A DNA stretch of 64,000 nucleotides from an uncultured virus (IMG/VR IMGVR_UViG_3300005512_000014) (Duplodnaviria; Heunggongvirae; Uroviricota; Caudoviricetes). This document shows, piece by piece, positions 29,613-39,176 of the stretch (position 1 is its first letter; each line of letters starts with the position of its first letter). The notes beneath the pieces were generated by a model, which was not told the origin of the DNA, ran no database searches, and worked only from the letters and a program-made list of their open reading frames with translations. The stretch lies in the IMG/VR virus record IMGVR_UViG_3300005512_000014; one strand, 5' to 3'. The translations under genes were made by a program, and so were the position numbers.

Positions 29613-30463
29613 TAGCGGTCGTATTCTCCGGTATCGCGCAGATACTGATCAAAGTCTGAGCCGGAACGGCGGTCACCCTTTAAGCGCTTCCACGGAACCC
29701 AAACCGCTGCCTGTAGGTCAGAACCTTGGTTTAGGTCGAACTGCTGCCCCAACATTCCGTGAGCAGTTCTGTACACGTCGGCCATGGCGTTGTAACGACG
29801 CTCGTCACCAAGACCTCGGTTATCTCCAGAGATGATCATTCCAGTGGGGGCGTCGTGAGCGTGACGATCAATAGTCAAAAAGTCGTTGCCACCACGAGGG
29901 TCTCTGATGTTCTCGTAAAAGTGGTAAGTCTTTAGACGGGGGCGACCGGGATTAACGATGCCTTCTGAAGGAGCGACTTCGCCCCTACTTACCGGGAGTG
30001 ACTTACTCAACTGGGCCTGAGACCCTGTGTACTGCAACCCGTGTTCTTTCAGCAGGTCACCTCGTACCGCTACGGAGTGAGCCGCCATGAGGTTCCTGCC
30101 CCACTCGTTCTGCGGGCTGTGGATAGCGAGCATCGCCGCACCCATATTGATGGCTTCATCGTCAGAAACGCGAGTTCCATGACGCATAGCATTAATGTGA
30201 CCGATACGCCGAGCATGATCTTGGGCTTGTGGATACCACTGTCGTCCAGCCTCAATCTCATCGTCTGTTGCGGAGTTTAGGACGTGTCCGATGTTCCCCA
30301 CAAGAGCACCGAACTGACGGGTATGAAGCCCTCTAACAGCCGCAGGTAGTTTGTCCGCACGGTTTCCCCTAAGGTCAAACAACTGACCTGCTGTACCGGA
30401 CCTCGTTGGATCGTATCCGGGGACTCTCTCAAAGCCGGGAACCCGACTCTCGTCTCTAGCCAT
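29600..30463 (-). CDS. Hypothetical protein, possibly HhH-glycosylase-like
   Basis: WY...SPQNEW..N...KT..F..NI...TIDRH...LQAAVW pattern. Confidence 0.55.
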   Translation of the reverse strand: MARDESRVPGFERVPGYDPTRSGTAGQLFDLRGNRADKLPAAVRGLHTRQFGALVGNIGHVLNSATDDEIEAGRQWYPQAQDHARRIGHINAMRHGTRVSDDEAINMGAAMLAIHSPQNEWGRNLMAAHSVAVRGDLLKEHGLQYTGSQAQLSKSLPVSRGEVAPSEGIVNPGRPRLKTYHFYENIRDPRGGNDFLTIDRHAHDAPTGMIISGDNRGLGDERRYNAMADVYRTAHGMLGQQFDLNQGSDLQAAVWVPWKRLKGDRRSGSDFDQYLRDTGEYDRYYSL

Positions 30464-30465
30464 AA

Positions 30466-30675
30466 CTATCTCCTACAGTCTTCGTACCCCATATAGAGGC
30501 ATCGCCTACTGCGGCCTACCAAAGCGTATGGAGCAACGGGGATGGGCATATCGGCTGTCTCCGTAAGTTCGCCATTAGCGCCAGCGTCGGCGGGGGTACC
30601 GGAGTCGCTAACTGTTGGGGAACTTACTGCCGACTGCCCACCCCCGGAGGGGGCGGCTGAGCCGCCTTGCATCAA
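30466..30675 (-). CDS. Hypothetical protein
   Basis: 69 aa, coupled to the upstream gene. Confidence 0.4.
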   Translation of the reverse strand: MMQGGSAAPSGGGQSAVSSPTVSDSGTPADAGANGELTETADMPIPVAPYALVGRSRRCLYMGYEDCRR

Positions 30676-31085
30676 CCGTCGACGCGGACGGGGTTCGGGC
30701 GGTTCATGTGCATTCCCGAGTTCATAACCGTCTCAAAGGTCGGCATACGGTCGCCAGCGACTGAGCCGGTGACGAAGTCGGAAAGAACGCTCGGTGCCTC
30801 AATCCACGCAGCCGAACCGACGTGCGCACGCTCTTGCATGGTCTGCTCAGCAGGCTTGTAGAGAGCGGCAGGAGTCGGGTGGTTCATGCGACCGGGAGCC
30901 GGGGCGGTGTCGCCGTAAGCGCCCTGACCGAAGTCACGCGGAACATCGGTGTCCGTGGCAACTCCCTCTTGGAAGTTCTGCGGACCGCGATTACCGGGAA
31001 TGCTCGGAGCCATAGTGCGCTCAAAGACATTCCGCATGGCCTCGGGATACGGGTTCTGCGGGGCGATTGTCGGATTCATGTCCAT
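30672..31085 (-). CDS. Hypothetical (probable virion) protein
   Basis: RBS GGAGG; high-expression codon usage; between TerL and portal. Confidence 0.65.
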   Translation of the reverse strand: MDMNPTIAPQNPYPEAMRNVFERTMAPSIPGNRGPQNFQEGVATDTDVPRDFGQGAYGDTAPAPGRMNHPTPAALYKPAEQTMQERAHVGSAAWIEAPSVLSDFVTGSVAGDRMPTFETVMNSGMHMNRPNPVRVDG

Positions 31086-31161
31086 AAGGATGTAACCTCC
31101 ATGTAGGTTCGTACAGACTAATAGTAGCACCTGCACGTTAGCAGGTTACGATTTTTGGTAC

Positions 31162-32718
31162 TTATTCAAAGAACGGGTTATCGTAAACACTAACAGTCGG
31201 CATAACATCCTGAACCGTCATAGCGCATGCAATGGCAAGAGAATCTGGATAGTCGTCAAAAGCACCACGCTCATCAGGTGCCGCTGCAAGCATATATGGG
31301 CCTCTGTTAACCTTTTCCAAGTCTGCCATTTGTTGATTGAACTTCTTCCAACGCTTTGTTCGCCGCGCCTTGCTATGACCGGGAATGATCAATTGTTCTC
31401 TCTGAATCAACTGTGTTAGGTGTGTCCATCGCTCGTTCTGCGCTTTAGCGTCGGATGAGACGGCAACGACCTCTATCTGTGGAATCAGAATCTGAAGACG
31501 TTCAGCAACCGCTCCACCAACGCCTTGAGCATCTACACCAATCCTGTACACATCATAGTTGCGAAGAAAGTCGATAATCTCAAAGTACTGAGTTTCCCAT
31601 TCGACGTTATTGATCTCGTGCCAGTTCAGAATTCGGTGCTCGTAGAAACCGAAGGCATCTGGGTGGTCCCAGTCAACCCATACCGGAGTGATGACGGTGC
31701 TGTCGTTTGTGCGGGCAACATCGATACCAACGACAATTGGTGTCTTCCACCATTCGGTAACAAGAGGCATGCTGGGGTCGTATAGACGCTCTAGACGATC
31801 CTCGGCAACAAACATACCCTTTTCCAACATCCATCGGTTGCAGTACGACATCTGAAACTCGTCAGAGTCCTCACCAATACGCAACTTCTCTTTAGCAATG
31901 AACGACGCATAGTTGGTGTTGTACCTAGCAGCAGTTCGCCAGTCGTATTCGTGATGATGCTGCTTGTGGTTACGACTGTTGATGTCACGACGCTTGTTGT
32001 ACTGAATAGCGTTGTAGAAGTATGACTTGTAGCGCTGCGCCGTACCACCAAGGACAATGCTTCCGTTGTTCCACGCAAGCATCGGTTTGATCGACTTGGC
32101 GATCATCGTCTCGTCCGCTTCCTGAGCCTCATCGATGAAGGCGAAGTGGTAGGTCTTCGATTCAATCTTGGCCTTAGGGTTACAGGTCTGCATACGGCAT
32201 AGGGAGCCAGACTTCTTCAAAGTGATGATCTTGCCCTTACCACGACCACCGCCTCCTGTGGCCTTGTCATCAATATCGGGATCAAGAAGGAACGACGTAG
32301 CGTGCTCACTTGTCAACTTAGTGACCACACGGCCAAACACTGTTTCTGCCTGTTCTTCTGTGGGGGCGAACACCCCAACCCAGAAGCCTTTCTCAAACTT
32401 CTTCAGCCACGTCGGATAGACGTTAGCGAGTCTGGGAAGGATGACCATAAGGCCAGCAATAAGGTTTGATACGACCTCTGACTTACCGCTCTGGCGAGTT
32501 GCGATTAGCGTCTTCTCTTCACCATCACCCAAAACAATCGACTCAACAAACGAGTAGGCAATGGGAATCTGATAGGGGAAGAACTCTACATCGCAGAACT
32601 CTTCGACAAACATGATGAGTTTCTTGACGAGGTCGTCTACAAACTCAGCCGTAGTCTCATCGATGTCGTCATTGACTTCTTCGACCTCGTCTGCGTATAT
32701 AGCCTCATCCGTACTCAT
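31162..32718 (-). CDS. terL: Terminase large subunit
   Basis: Walker A RQSGKS, Walker B IDEAQ, nuclease GIDVA and DDYPDS. Confidence 0.95.
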   Translation of the reverse strand: MSTDEAIYADEVEEVNDDIDETTAEFVDDLVKKLIMFVEEFCDVEFFPYQIPIAYSFVESIVLGDGEEKTLIATRQSGKSEVVSNLIAGLMVILPRLANVYPTWLKKFEKGFWVGVFAPTEEQAETVFGRVVTKLTSEHATSFLLDPDIDDKATGGGGRGKGKIITLKKSGSLCRMQTCNPKAKIESKTYHFAFIDEAQEADETMIAKSIKPMLAWNNGSIVLGGTAQRYKSYFYNAIQYNKRRDINSRNHKQHHHEYDWRTAARYNTNYASFIAKEKLRIGEDSDEFQMSYCNRWMLEKGMFVAEDRLERLYDPSMPLVTEWWKTPIVVGIDVARTNDSTVITPVWVDWDHPDAFGFYEHRILNWHEINNVEWETQYFEIIDFLRNYDVYRIGVDAQGVGGAVAERLQILIPQIEVVAVSSDAKAQNERWTHLTQLIQREQLIIPGHSKARRTKRWKKFNQQMADLEKVNRGPYMLAAAPDERGAFDDYPDSLAIACAMTVQDVMPTVSVYDNPFFE

Positions 32719-32990
32719 ACAGAATCAATGGTATCACGCTGCTCAACTACAGACCATAAAGCAACAAACGCATCAATACACAAGGTCACATCTTCTGTGC
32801 CTGAGTTGTGGTAACGCCAAGCGTCAAGAGCCTGATGAAGGCTGATGGCTATTGATTCTAGATGCTCGGGAACTTGTCGCGGGTCAATACCTTCAGCCCT
32901 GCGGAGATACTCCGGGTCGATCTCCCTGTTGATTGCGGTCGGCTGTCCACTTCCTAATTTCTTTAGCATCGTGCTCCAACTCTCTGCCAC
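32715..32990 (-). CDS. Hypothetical protein
   Basis: Stop overlaps the TerL start; own start uncertain. Confidence 0.5.
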   Translation of the reverse strand: MAESWSTMLKKLGSGQPTAINREIDPEYLRRAEGIDPRQVPEHLESIAISLHQALDAWRYHNSGTEDVTLCIDAFVALWSVVEQRDTIDSV

Positions 32991-33267
32991 CTACTTGATC
33001 CAACAACGATGACGACTTGCTAAGCAGCACCCCAACTTGGAACGAGTAGTTCTTGTAACGGAACTGCACTCCTTTACCGTACCACCAAGGCTCTGCGGTC
33101 TGTCGCATGAATGCCTTGCAGACTCTTGGCGCGGTGACTGGTGTGTTGTTCCGCGTGATCCAGTACACACGCAACGTCTGTACGTACTGGATACGGTTCA
33201 TAGTGTCCCTAAATAGAAAGTATGAACCAACAATAACGAATAGTGCAAGAATTAAATACAACATCAC
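32893..33267 (-). CDS. Membrane-anchored hypothetical protein
   Basis: Hydrophobic N-terminus LILALFVIVGSYFLF. Confidence 0.55.
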   Translation of the reverse strand: MMLYLILALFVIVGSYFLFRDTMNRIQYVQTLRVYWITRNNTPVTAPRVCKAFMRQTAEPWWYGKGVQFRYKNYSFQVGVLLSKSSSLLDQVGGRELEHDAKEIRKWTADRNQQGDRPGVSPQG

Positions 33268-33764
33268 GGTCCTCTGTACGTGCCCCCGTACCCACCAAAG
33301 TACTTGTTCAACTCCTCATCAGTACAGTAGTCACGAGAAAACCCGTTAAGAACAGAGTTGATGTAACTACCAATACCTGATCCGGCCATACCCATCTCAT
33401 TGACGTTGTTGGCAATGGGGCGACCAACGCCACGATACACGTAAGCGGTGTCGTACTTGTGAAACCTCACGTAAAGGTTGCCCACATCAAACATACCGGG
33501 TCCTGTAGGTACAAACCGTACCTCTTTTACACGACTGGAGCCTACGTCTACCCATCCGGTATCGCCGGGTTCTCCCGACTCGTACATACCACGTTCTTCG
33601 GGGCTTAATCCTGCGAGGTACTTATCACGCTCTTCTTGAGTAGAGGTTGGATCAACAAACGGATTAGTGGGCGGCTGGGTTTCGCCCATGATGTCAGACA
33701 GCGACCTACCTAGTGCCGGTCGTACACCTCTACGTGGTCGTGGTGAGTAGGAATCATCGCTCAT
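33264..33764 (-). CDS. KTSC-like domain protein
   Basis: SSRV...LYVRF...Y.Y.GV...GSYIN. Confidence 0.6.
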   Translation of the reverse strand: MSDDSYSPRPRRGVRPALGRSLSDIMGETQPPTNPFVDPTSTQEERDKYLAGLSPEERGMYESGEPGDTGWVDVGSSRVKEVRFVPTGPGMFDVGNLYVRFHKYDTAYVYRGVGRPIANNVNEMGMAGSGIGSYINSVLNGFSRDYCTDEELNKYFGGYGGTYRGP

Positions 33765-33954
33765 TATTCAAATGCCAATCGATGTGGTCGTCCAAACGCT
33801 CGTCAATACGCTCAATCTTGTTATCAATCTTCATCAAGATTTCCGTATTGCGAGCATGGTCTCTGTTGTTCTCCCTGCGGGTCCTCTCAATGAGGGCGAT
33901 GATGATACCGCCCGGACCCAGCACAATCGCAATAATACCCATCCAATCCATCAC
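33754..33954 (-). CDS. Small membrane protein (holin-like)
   Basis: One TM segment, then coiled coil ending LDDHIDWH. Confidence 0.6.
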   Translation of the reverse strand: MMDWMGIIAIVLGPGGIIIALIERTRRENNRDHARNTEILMKIDNKIERIDERLDDHIDWHLNNER

Positions 33955-34343
33955 GACCTCGCAACAAGAGCAGTTGGGTTATCGTCGGAATCCATCGGAG
34001 TGAGGTTGTCATAGGTGCTGACAGTCAGCGTACCACGAACCACAACCGTCTCAGACAGGGGCGTCGATGTCAGCAACGCTGAACGGCTGACCGTAGCAAC
34101 TACGTCCCATAGATACTCTCCATCTTCAAGCCACTCGGTGTTGTTGGCGGTCATAGTAAGTAGCAACCCGCCCTCCGCTGTGATCTCAACAGGAAGGATG
34201 TAGATGGTATCACCGATCTTCACCGATGCATCAGCCTCGGTTGGAACCCGCTTCCTGCGCGTCCTACGATCCTTGGGGATAATCAGCCGCTCCCAAGGCT
34301 CACCGCGCATGACGGTGTAGTTCAGTTCGGTAATGCTAGACAC
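33951..34343 (-). CDS. Hypothetical beta-rich protein
   Basis: 130 aa; resembles 23178..23534 in layout (GEY.WDV...V.GT.TV). Confidence 0.5.
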   Translation of the reverse strand: MSSITELNYTVMRGEPWERLIIPKDRRTRRKRVPTEADASVKIGDTIYILPVEITAEGGLLLTMTANNTEWLEDGEYLWDVVATVSRSALLTSTPLSETVVVRGTLTVSTYDNLTPMDSDDNPTALVARS

Positions 34344-34588
34344 TTGCGCACCTCCGGGGATCAGGAGCGGACGTATATATTATTGCCGATAGGAACTACC
34401 TCGTGCAGGAGATCGGGGGGTCCTCCAAGAATCTTGGGGGGGGTATTGACAAGGCTGGTATAATGGATACTGATAGAAGGGAAGGGGGGTACCGACACCC
34501 CCATCTGGAAGCCGCGACGAGCGAAGCGAGTCGCTCCCGAAGGGCAGGCTCCCTACGGTCGCCTGTGATGGACACACAAGGAGTAACT

Positions 34589-34927
34589 ATGTCCGAAATT
34601 ACAAAGACAAGGGATGGCTACTACCTCCTCGGTGAGGGTCAGGGACCTAGCGAGGTTGCAGCAGCCGTTTACGGCAACGTCAATAAGTATGCTGAGATTT
34701 CCACCGTCAACTCTGATTTGGAATGGTTGCCGGGTACCCACATCCTCGTCCCTAACAAAGAGGGGCGCACCACAGTCGTTCAGGAGAACGAGACCACCTT
34801 TGAGGTCATCTCACGGATGTTCCCGAACCAGCCGGTACACCTGTACCTAGATCGGTTCTACATGTGGAACGACGGGTTCGACGCTGAAGACCTCGTCGGC
34901 GTTATGGTGTTCATCCCTGAGAGGTGA
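34589..34927 (+). CDS. Tandem LysM-like protein
   Basis: GP.EVA..VYG..KY.EI...N...PGT.ILVP, then a second similar repeat; RBS AAGGAG. Confidence 0.6.
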   Translation: MSEITKTRDGYYLLGEGQGPSEVAAAVYGNVNKYAEISTVNSDLEWLPGTHILVPNKEGRTTVVQENETTFEVISRMFPNQPVHLYLDRFYMWNDGFDAEDLVGVMVFIPER

Positions 34928-35207
34928 AGTCAGGGACGGTGTCGACAATCTTCATCTCCTTGACCATGGCTAATGGGATGTGGAGAAGACCGTCACAGCA
35001 CTCGTTGACATAACTTTGGATAATGGTGACGTGTCCGGGTTTGACGGATTCGTCCAGCATCACACCGACTGACACCACTAAGTAGGGGTCTGGGTCGATG
35101 TCGTCAACAACAGTCCAACTATAAGAACTACCGGCGTGAGCGTCTTCCCACAAGACGATGCATACAGGTAGTTCTTTTTCTTTGTTCTGTTTGCGGTGTC
35201 TCTTCAT
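34911..35207 (-). CDS. Hypothetical phage protein
   Basis: V.WEDA...SVG...IP..MV pattern. Confidence 0.6.
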   Translation of the reverse strand: MKRHRKQNKEKELPVCIVLWEDAHAGSSYSWTVVDDIDPDPYLVVSVGVMLDESVKPGHVTIIQSYVNECCDGLLHIPLAMVKEMKIVDTVPDFTSQG

Positions 35208-35230
35208 AGTTGTACATTAGTACAACTATG

Positions 35231-35293
35231 AGAAAAGGTGGCCCCGAAGGACCACCCTTTCCCTGCGCTTGGGCCAACCAACAAACCCAGCAC
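35231..35293 (-). ncRNA. Putative ~60-nt sRNA (seed hairpin plus terminator)
   Basis: Own TTGACA-17-TACAAT promoter; hairpin exposing UUUGUUGGUUGG; terminator GGUGGUCC-UUCG-GGGCCACC-UUUU; no ORF inside. Confidence 0.65.
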
Positions 35294-35298
35294 GATTT

Positions 35299-35327
35299 AT
35301 TGTAGCGACTCCGTTGGCGCTTGTCAA
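35299..35327 (-). promoter_or_regulatory. SigA/sigma70-type promoter
   Basis: TTGACA (35327-35322), 17 bp spacer, TACAAT (35304-35299). Confidence 0.8.
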
Positions 35328-35596
35328 CAGTTATCAGGATTATTTCTTTGACGAACCCTGCTGCGAACCCCCGCGCCTCCCCAGAAACCAAAGCGCTCCA
35401 TTTCACCGTATTCTCGGCACTGCTCTTGTACTGGGCATGTAGAGCAGATTTGCTTTGCGAGTTTTACCGTCTTAGTGTCGCCACGCTCGGGGAAGAAGAT
35501 GTTGGTGTCCATTCCCCTACAAGCCGCCTTCTTAATCCAGTCCCTTTCACGGTATTCACTGAGGAAAGAATCAAGAGTAAGCAGGTCGTCATCCAT
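35324..35596 (-). CDS. whiB: WhiB-family transcription factor
   Basis: W...AAC...FFP...AK.IC.TCPV..QC...GFWGG. Confidence 0.92.
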   Translation of the reverse strand: MDDDLLTLDSFLSEYRERDWIKKAACRGMDTNIFFPERGDTKTVKLAKQICSTCPVQEQCREYGEMERFGFWGGAGVRSRVRQRNNPDNC

Positions 35597-35628
35597 TGCC
35601 CTATTTTAGGGCAAAGGAACTGCTTTTG

Positions 35629-35883
35629 TCAACGACCGGAGATACGTGGATCAAGATCGTTGCCGTACTCGCCACTCATCTGAACGGGGGGCGCAGACTT
35701 CGCCATTGTTGCCATATAGTCCTGATCGCAGCAGTAACCGGTTCCGGTATGAAGGGGGTGCTCGCGCTGATCGTACTTACGCCCGCGCCCACCATACGCA
35801 ACCTGCTCGTAGCCGCCTCGCTTGCTCAATGGCTTTTTGTTCTGCATAACAGCCTCCGTAGTCGTGTGGGCTAACAGTACCAC
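35629..35883 (-). CDS. Hypothetical protein
   Basis: 84 aa ORF; real start may be ATG ~35847. Confidence 0.45.
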   Translation of the reverse strand: MVLLAHTTTEAVMQNKKPLSKRGGYEQVAYGGRGRKYDQREHPLHTGTGYCCDQDYMATMAKSAPPVQMSGEYGNDLDPRISGR

Positions 35884-35884
35884 A

Positions 35885-36307
35885 TCAATCGTCGTCTTCT
35901 TGAATAATCCTTAGTGGAGCATTCGTCCTAAATGCAACTGCCTGCCTGCCGCCTTCTTCAATGGGTCGATCCATCGATTCTAACGCTTCTTCCATACTCT
36001 CGTGACGAATGAACTCGTGTTCATACGGCTGGCGCTCGCCTTCTCCCAATCGGTATTTACGAGGCATTACTCTATGGACAGTGATCTCAGGGAGCCTTGC
36101 TTCACCAAACTCCACATCACGACCACGAATGTCGCGCATAGCGCGAGAGGCTTCATCGTGTGCTGCCATCCACGCCTCGTCAGGGTTAGTGCTTACGAGG
36201 CGAGTGGTACCACCCGGAACTTCTCTGTGGAAGCGTTCGGTGGTACCAAAGAAAAGGGGACCAAACCTTCCAAATTGGAATTCGTTTGTGCTATCGATTG
36301 CTGGCAT
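35885..36307 (-). CDS. Hypothetical protein, possible degenerate ADP-ribosyltransferase fold
   Basis: LFFGT...ST...A...TVHRV.P...PLRII, same layout as the 41-42 kb ART genes. Confidence 0.45.
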   Translation of the reverse strand: MPAIDSTNEFQFGRFGPLFFGTTERFHREVPGGTTRLVSTNPDEAWMAAHDEASRAMRDIRGRDVEFGEARLPEITVHRVMPRKYRLGEGERQPYEHEFIRHESMEEALESMDRPIEEGGRQAVAFRTNAPLRIIQEDDD

Positions 36308-36440
36308 GTTTATCAGTATAGTCCCACTCATCTACTTGTGGGCCTTCAAACTTCTTTGAAGGTATAGTTTGCGCCCGTAAGCGCTGTTCCATTGCTATGC
36401 GCTTTTCGTCGTCAGACCAGCGCTTACGGGCACGTTTCAT
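36291..36440 (-). CDS. 49-aa hypothetical protein
   Basis: Read by hand: MKRARKRWSDDEKRIAMEQRLRAQTIPSKKFEGPQVDEWD...; TGATG coupling to nrdJ. Confidence 0.55.
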   Translation of the reverse strand: MKRARKRWSDDEKRIAMEQRLRAQTIPSKKFEGPQVDEWDYTDKHASNR

Positions 36441-38368
36441 CACTTGATGGGGCAAGCGCCCCCGGCACATTCACCGAAGTCAACGTCTTCGGCTACGGCA
36501 GTCTGTACTAGTGGAACATCGAAGTTGATTTTGGCAAGCATCTTGTTGTAGGTGTCTTCGTCGCACTCCTCATAGGGGGCGAGTGGGAAGTTGTGATCTG
36601 AATGCAAGAGGAACGACACGGACTTGAGGCCCTTGTCGTAGTTCTTGCTTAGCCATTCCTTGATCTCGTCCAACTCCTCCATGCGGTAGTAGACGGTGAC
36701 AGAGACGGCGTTGTCGGCCCACTCAGTCTGCATACGCTTGACCCACTCCAACTGCTCTACAGCGGTCATGTCCTTGGCGAGTACAGAACCCTCAGGTGAC
36801 TGGCATGGGAACTCCACGACATAACTGGAGCGGTCTTCACGACCATCAAGCCCAACGTCGAACTGCACTCTGTAGCCACGCTTACGACAGGCGTCTACCA
36901 ACGGGTCTGACGACCGGAAACGAACACGACGGATGTAATGCTGCGCATAGGCAGGGTGAATACCGGGAGTCACACCGGGAAGGAGGGCGAGCGTCCCCGA
37001 GGGCTGAACAGTGGTCAAGCGAACGCTGACAGGGAATCCGTGCTCTTTGGAGTACTGCTCGTCAAGGTCGCTCAGGTACTCGTATGTAGGAGATAGCCAT
37101 GACAACTGTTCTGCGCTGCACTGAAGCATGCCAGTCACGCTCTGACCGAGACGAGCGTTCTTGTTGACGATCTTTGTGGTCTTCTCGTACGGGTACTCAA
37201 GACGAGTGATCTGCTTCTGCGTCAGGTACAGCAACCGGCTGATCTCCAGCATCTGCTCCTGCGACTCAATGTTCGGAAGAAAGATGGTGGCGAGGTTGCA
37301 GGACTCGCCGTCGCCAAGAGCGATCTCAGCGCAGGGGTTGTAACCCTCAATGCTGTTGTCAGCCTTGCGCTCACCCAGACGACCATACTGACGAGCCAAC
37401 TTACGATTCAGGAGACCGTACGGCTCACCGCTACCGTCGTAACCCTTCCACAGTTCGGGAAGAATCTCATCGTACGAGTCAGCGTAGATGCTGTTGTTAG
37501 AGTTGGATCGCCATGCCGGAATGGCACCACTGCTCCAGTTCTTCGCACGCAAGAACAAGATGTCGTCAGGGTCACCGATGGCGATCTGTGCGGAGCGACG
37601 GCTTGAGCCAGATACGACAACACGACCGATGATGTTGCAGATGTCCAGCACGTCGACAGAGCGCAACTTCTTACCGATACGCCCATCCATAACCTTGCAA
37701 ATGTCTTCAATACCATCAATAAGGGCAGAGGGGCCAGAGGCGGTGCCACCAAACGTCTTCAGCGGTGCGCCGTACTCGCGAATTAGAGCAGTGCTATAAG
37801 TGAACGACTTGCCGGTCTCAAAGTACGACTTCAGCACGCTGTGCAGGAGGCGGCTCCAGCCCTTGCGGCTGTCAGGCACGATGATGTCGGCATCGTGGGT
37901 CTTCTCGTGCGTGATCTCCACGCCAGCCTTGATCTTCGGTAACTCATGAATCTTGGCACGCTCTACGGAGAAGCCAACGCCCCCGCCGAGCATCAGGTGG
38001 TCGAACAGGAACTCAAAGTCTTCGACCTTCTCAATGTTGACGAAGTAGCAGTTGTTGAGTGATGCACCGTTCAACTGCTGGACAAGAGGCGTACCCAACT
38101 GCCAGAGCGCACGACCGCTCATAGAGCAACGCAGGTGGAACATGTGGTCGAACAACTTCTCGGCCTCTTCCTGCGTGTAGGGGGCACCGATTTCAATGGC
38201 ACCGTTGATCACGCGCTGGATGGTCTCAGGCCATGTCTCGTTCTCACCGTTGTCCTTTTTGCGGCTGTAGGTACGGAGAAACACCACCTCTCCCATGCCT
38301 CCAAAGCCCCACGGAGGAGTCAGTCCGCTGTAGAGAGATACAAATTCGTCAGAGATACGGGTCATCAC
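36440..38368 (-). CDS. nrdJ: Adenosylcobalamin-dependent (class II) ribonucleotide reductase
   Basis: RTYSR, LNNC, GGGVG, RRSAQI, NPCAEI, TVQPSGT, C-terminal CAGGACPIK. Confidence 0.93.
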   Translation of the reverse strand: MMTRISDEFVSLYSGLTPPWGFGGMGEVVFLRTYSRKKDNGENETWPETIQRVINGAIEIGAPYTQEEAEKLFDHMFHLRCSMSGRALWQLGTPLVQQLNGASLNNCYFVNIEKVEDFEFLFDHLMLGGGVGFSVERAKIHELPKIKAGVEITHEKTHDADIIVPDSRKGWSRLLHSVLKSYFETGKSFTYSTALIREYGAPLKTFGGTASGPSALIDGIEDICKVMDGRIGKKLRSVDVLDICNIIGRVVVSGSSRRSAQIAIGDPDDILFLRAKNWSSGAIPAWRSNSNNSIYADSYDEILPELWKGYDGSGEPYGLLNRKLARQYGRLGERKADNSIEGYNPCAEIALGDGESCNLATIFLPNIESQEQMLEISRLLYLTQKQITRLEYPYEKTTKIVNKNARLGQSVTGMLQCSAEQLSWLSPTYEYLSDLDEQYSKEHGFPVSVRLTTVQPSGTLALLPGVTPGIHPAYAQHYIRRVRFRSSDPLVDACRKRGYRVQFDVGLDGREDRSSYVVEFPCQSPEGSVLAKDMTAVEQLEWVKRMQTEWADNAVSVTVYYRMEELDEIKEWLSKNYDKGLKSVSFLLHSDHNFPLAPYEECDEDTYNKMLAKINFDVPLVQTAVAEDVDFGECAGGACPIK

Positions 38369-38474
38369 AAAGCCTCCGCTTGGTTAGGTGTTTAGGGGAT
38401 TTGACCATTCTATCGGCGCGGCCCGCAGACCTTGTTGCTATCCGATTAGTTAATGCACGCTTTAAGTGTGACTC

Positions 38475-39176
38475 TTGACTAGTGTGCTTCTCATGATCGT
38501 TGTTGGTACTACTCTCGCCGCATTTGTAATGGACGTAGAAGACACTTGGTCTGCTTGGCTACGTAATGCAGAAGAGATGCCGCACGAGTATGACCTTTTG
38601 TACTTCGCTGCTTTGGAAGTAGACAGTCGTGGTATCGAACCATTCAACCCCCTTATTGAAAGGTTGGAGCAAGTAGGTGGTATGTACTACACCTACAGCA
38701 TCGATGACGGTCGAACGGAGGTCACGAGTGCAAACCGTCTTCGTCATATTTGTGCGGGGCGTAATTTAGTACAAGATGTTGCAGTAGAACGACGTGCTAC
38801 TCACGTGCTGTTTCTAGATGCTGACACTATGGCTCCCCCAGACACAATTAGTAAGTTGCTAGAGATGGACCATCCTCTAGTTGGGGGGCAAGTAGATACT
38901 TATTGCCTTAGCGGTCCACCGGTCGATAGTTACCCTTACCCTGTAGAAGAACACATGAACACGGCTGGGTTTTTGATGGTAGGTGAGCCGTTGTTGACTA
39001 GGCTGCGGTGGCGATGGGACTACGAGATGAGTGATGATCCGTGCTTCCACCGCGACGCCATAGAGTTCTTCGGCATTCCCACGCATGTTCGCAAGGACTT
39101 AAAAGGAATACACTTCCCCCAGCACATTCCCCCTATCGAAAAGCGTGGCCATGACGATATGAAGGTATACAGGTGA
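38475..39176 (+). CDS. GT-A (family 2-like) glycosyltransferase
   Basis: GRN...THVLFLDAD (DxD)...SDDPCF. Confidence 0.75.
   Translation: MTSVLLMIVVGTTLAAFVMDVEDTWSAWLRNAEEMPHEYDLLYFAALEVDSRGIEPFNPLIERLEQVGGMYYTYSIDDGRTEVTSANRLRHICAGRNLVQDVAVERRATHVLFLDADTMAPPDTISKLLEMDHPLVGGQVDTYCLSGPPVDSYPYPVEEHMNTAGFLMVGEPLLTRLRWRWDYEMSDDPCFHRDAIEFFGIPTHVRKDLKGIHFPQHIPPIEKRGHDDMKVYR

Noticed and set aside
34446..34464. TTGACA and TATAAT as a promoter
   Set aside because: The spacer is only 7 bp.
36373..36431. 14-bp inverted repeat after nrdJ as a terminator or sRNA
   Set aside because: It lies inside a coupled 49-aa ORF (36291..36440), has a 31-nt loop and no U-tract on the coding strand.
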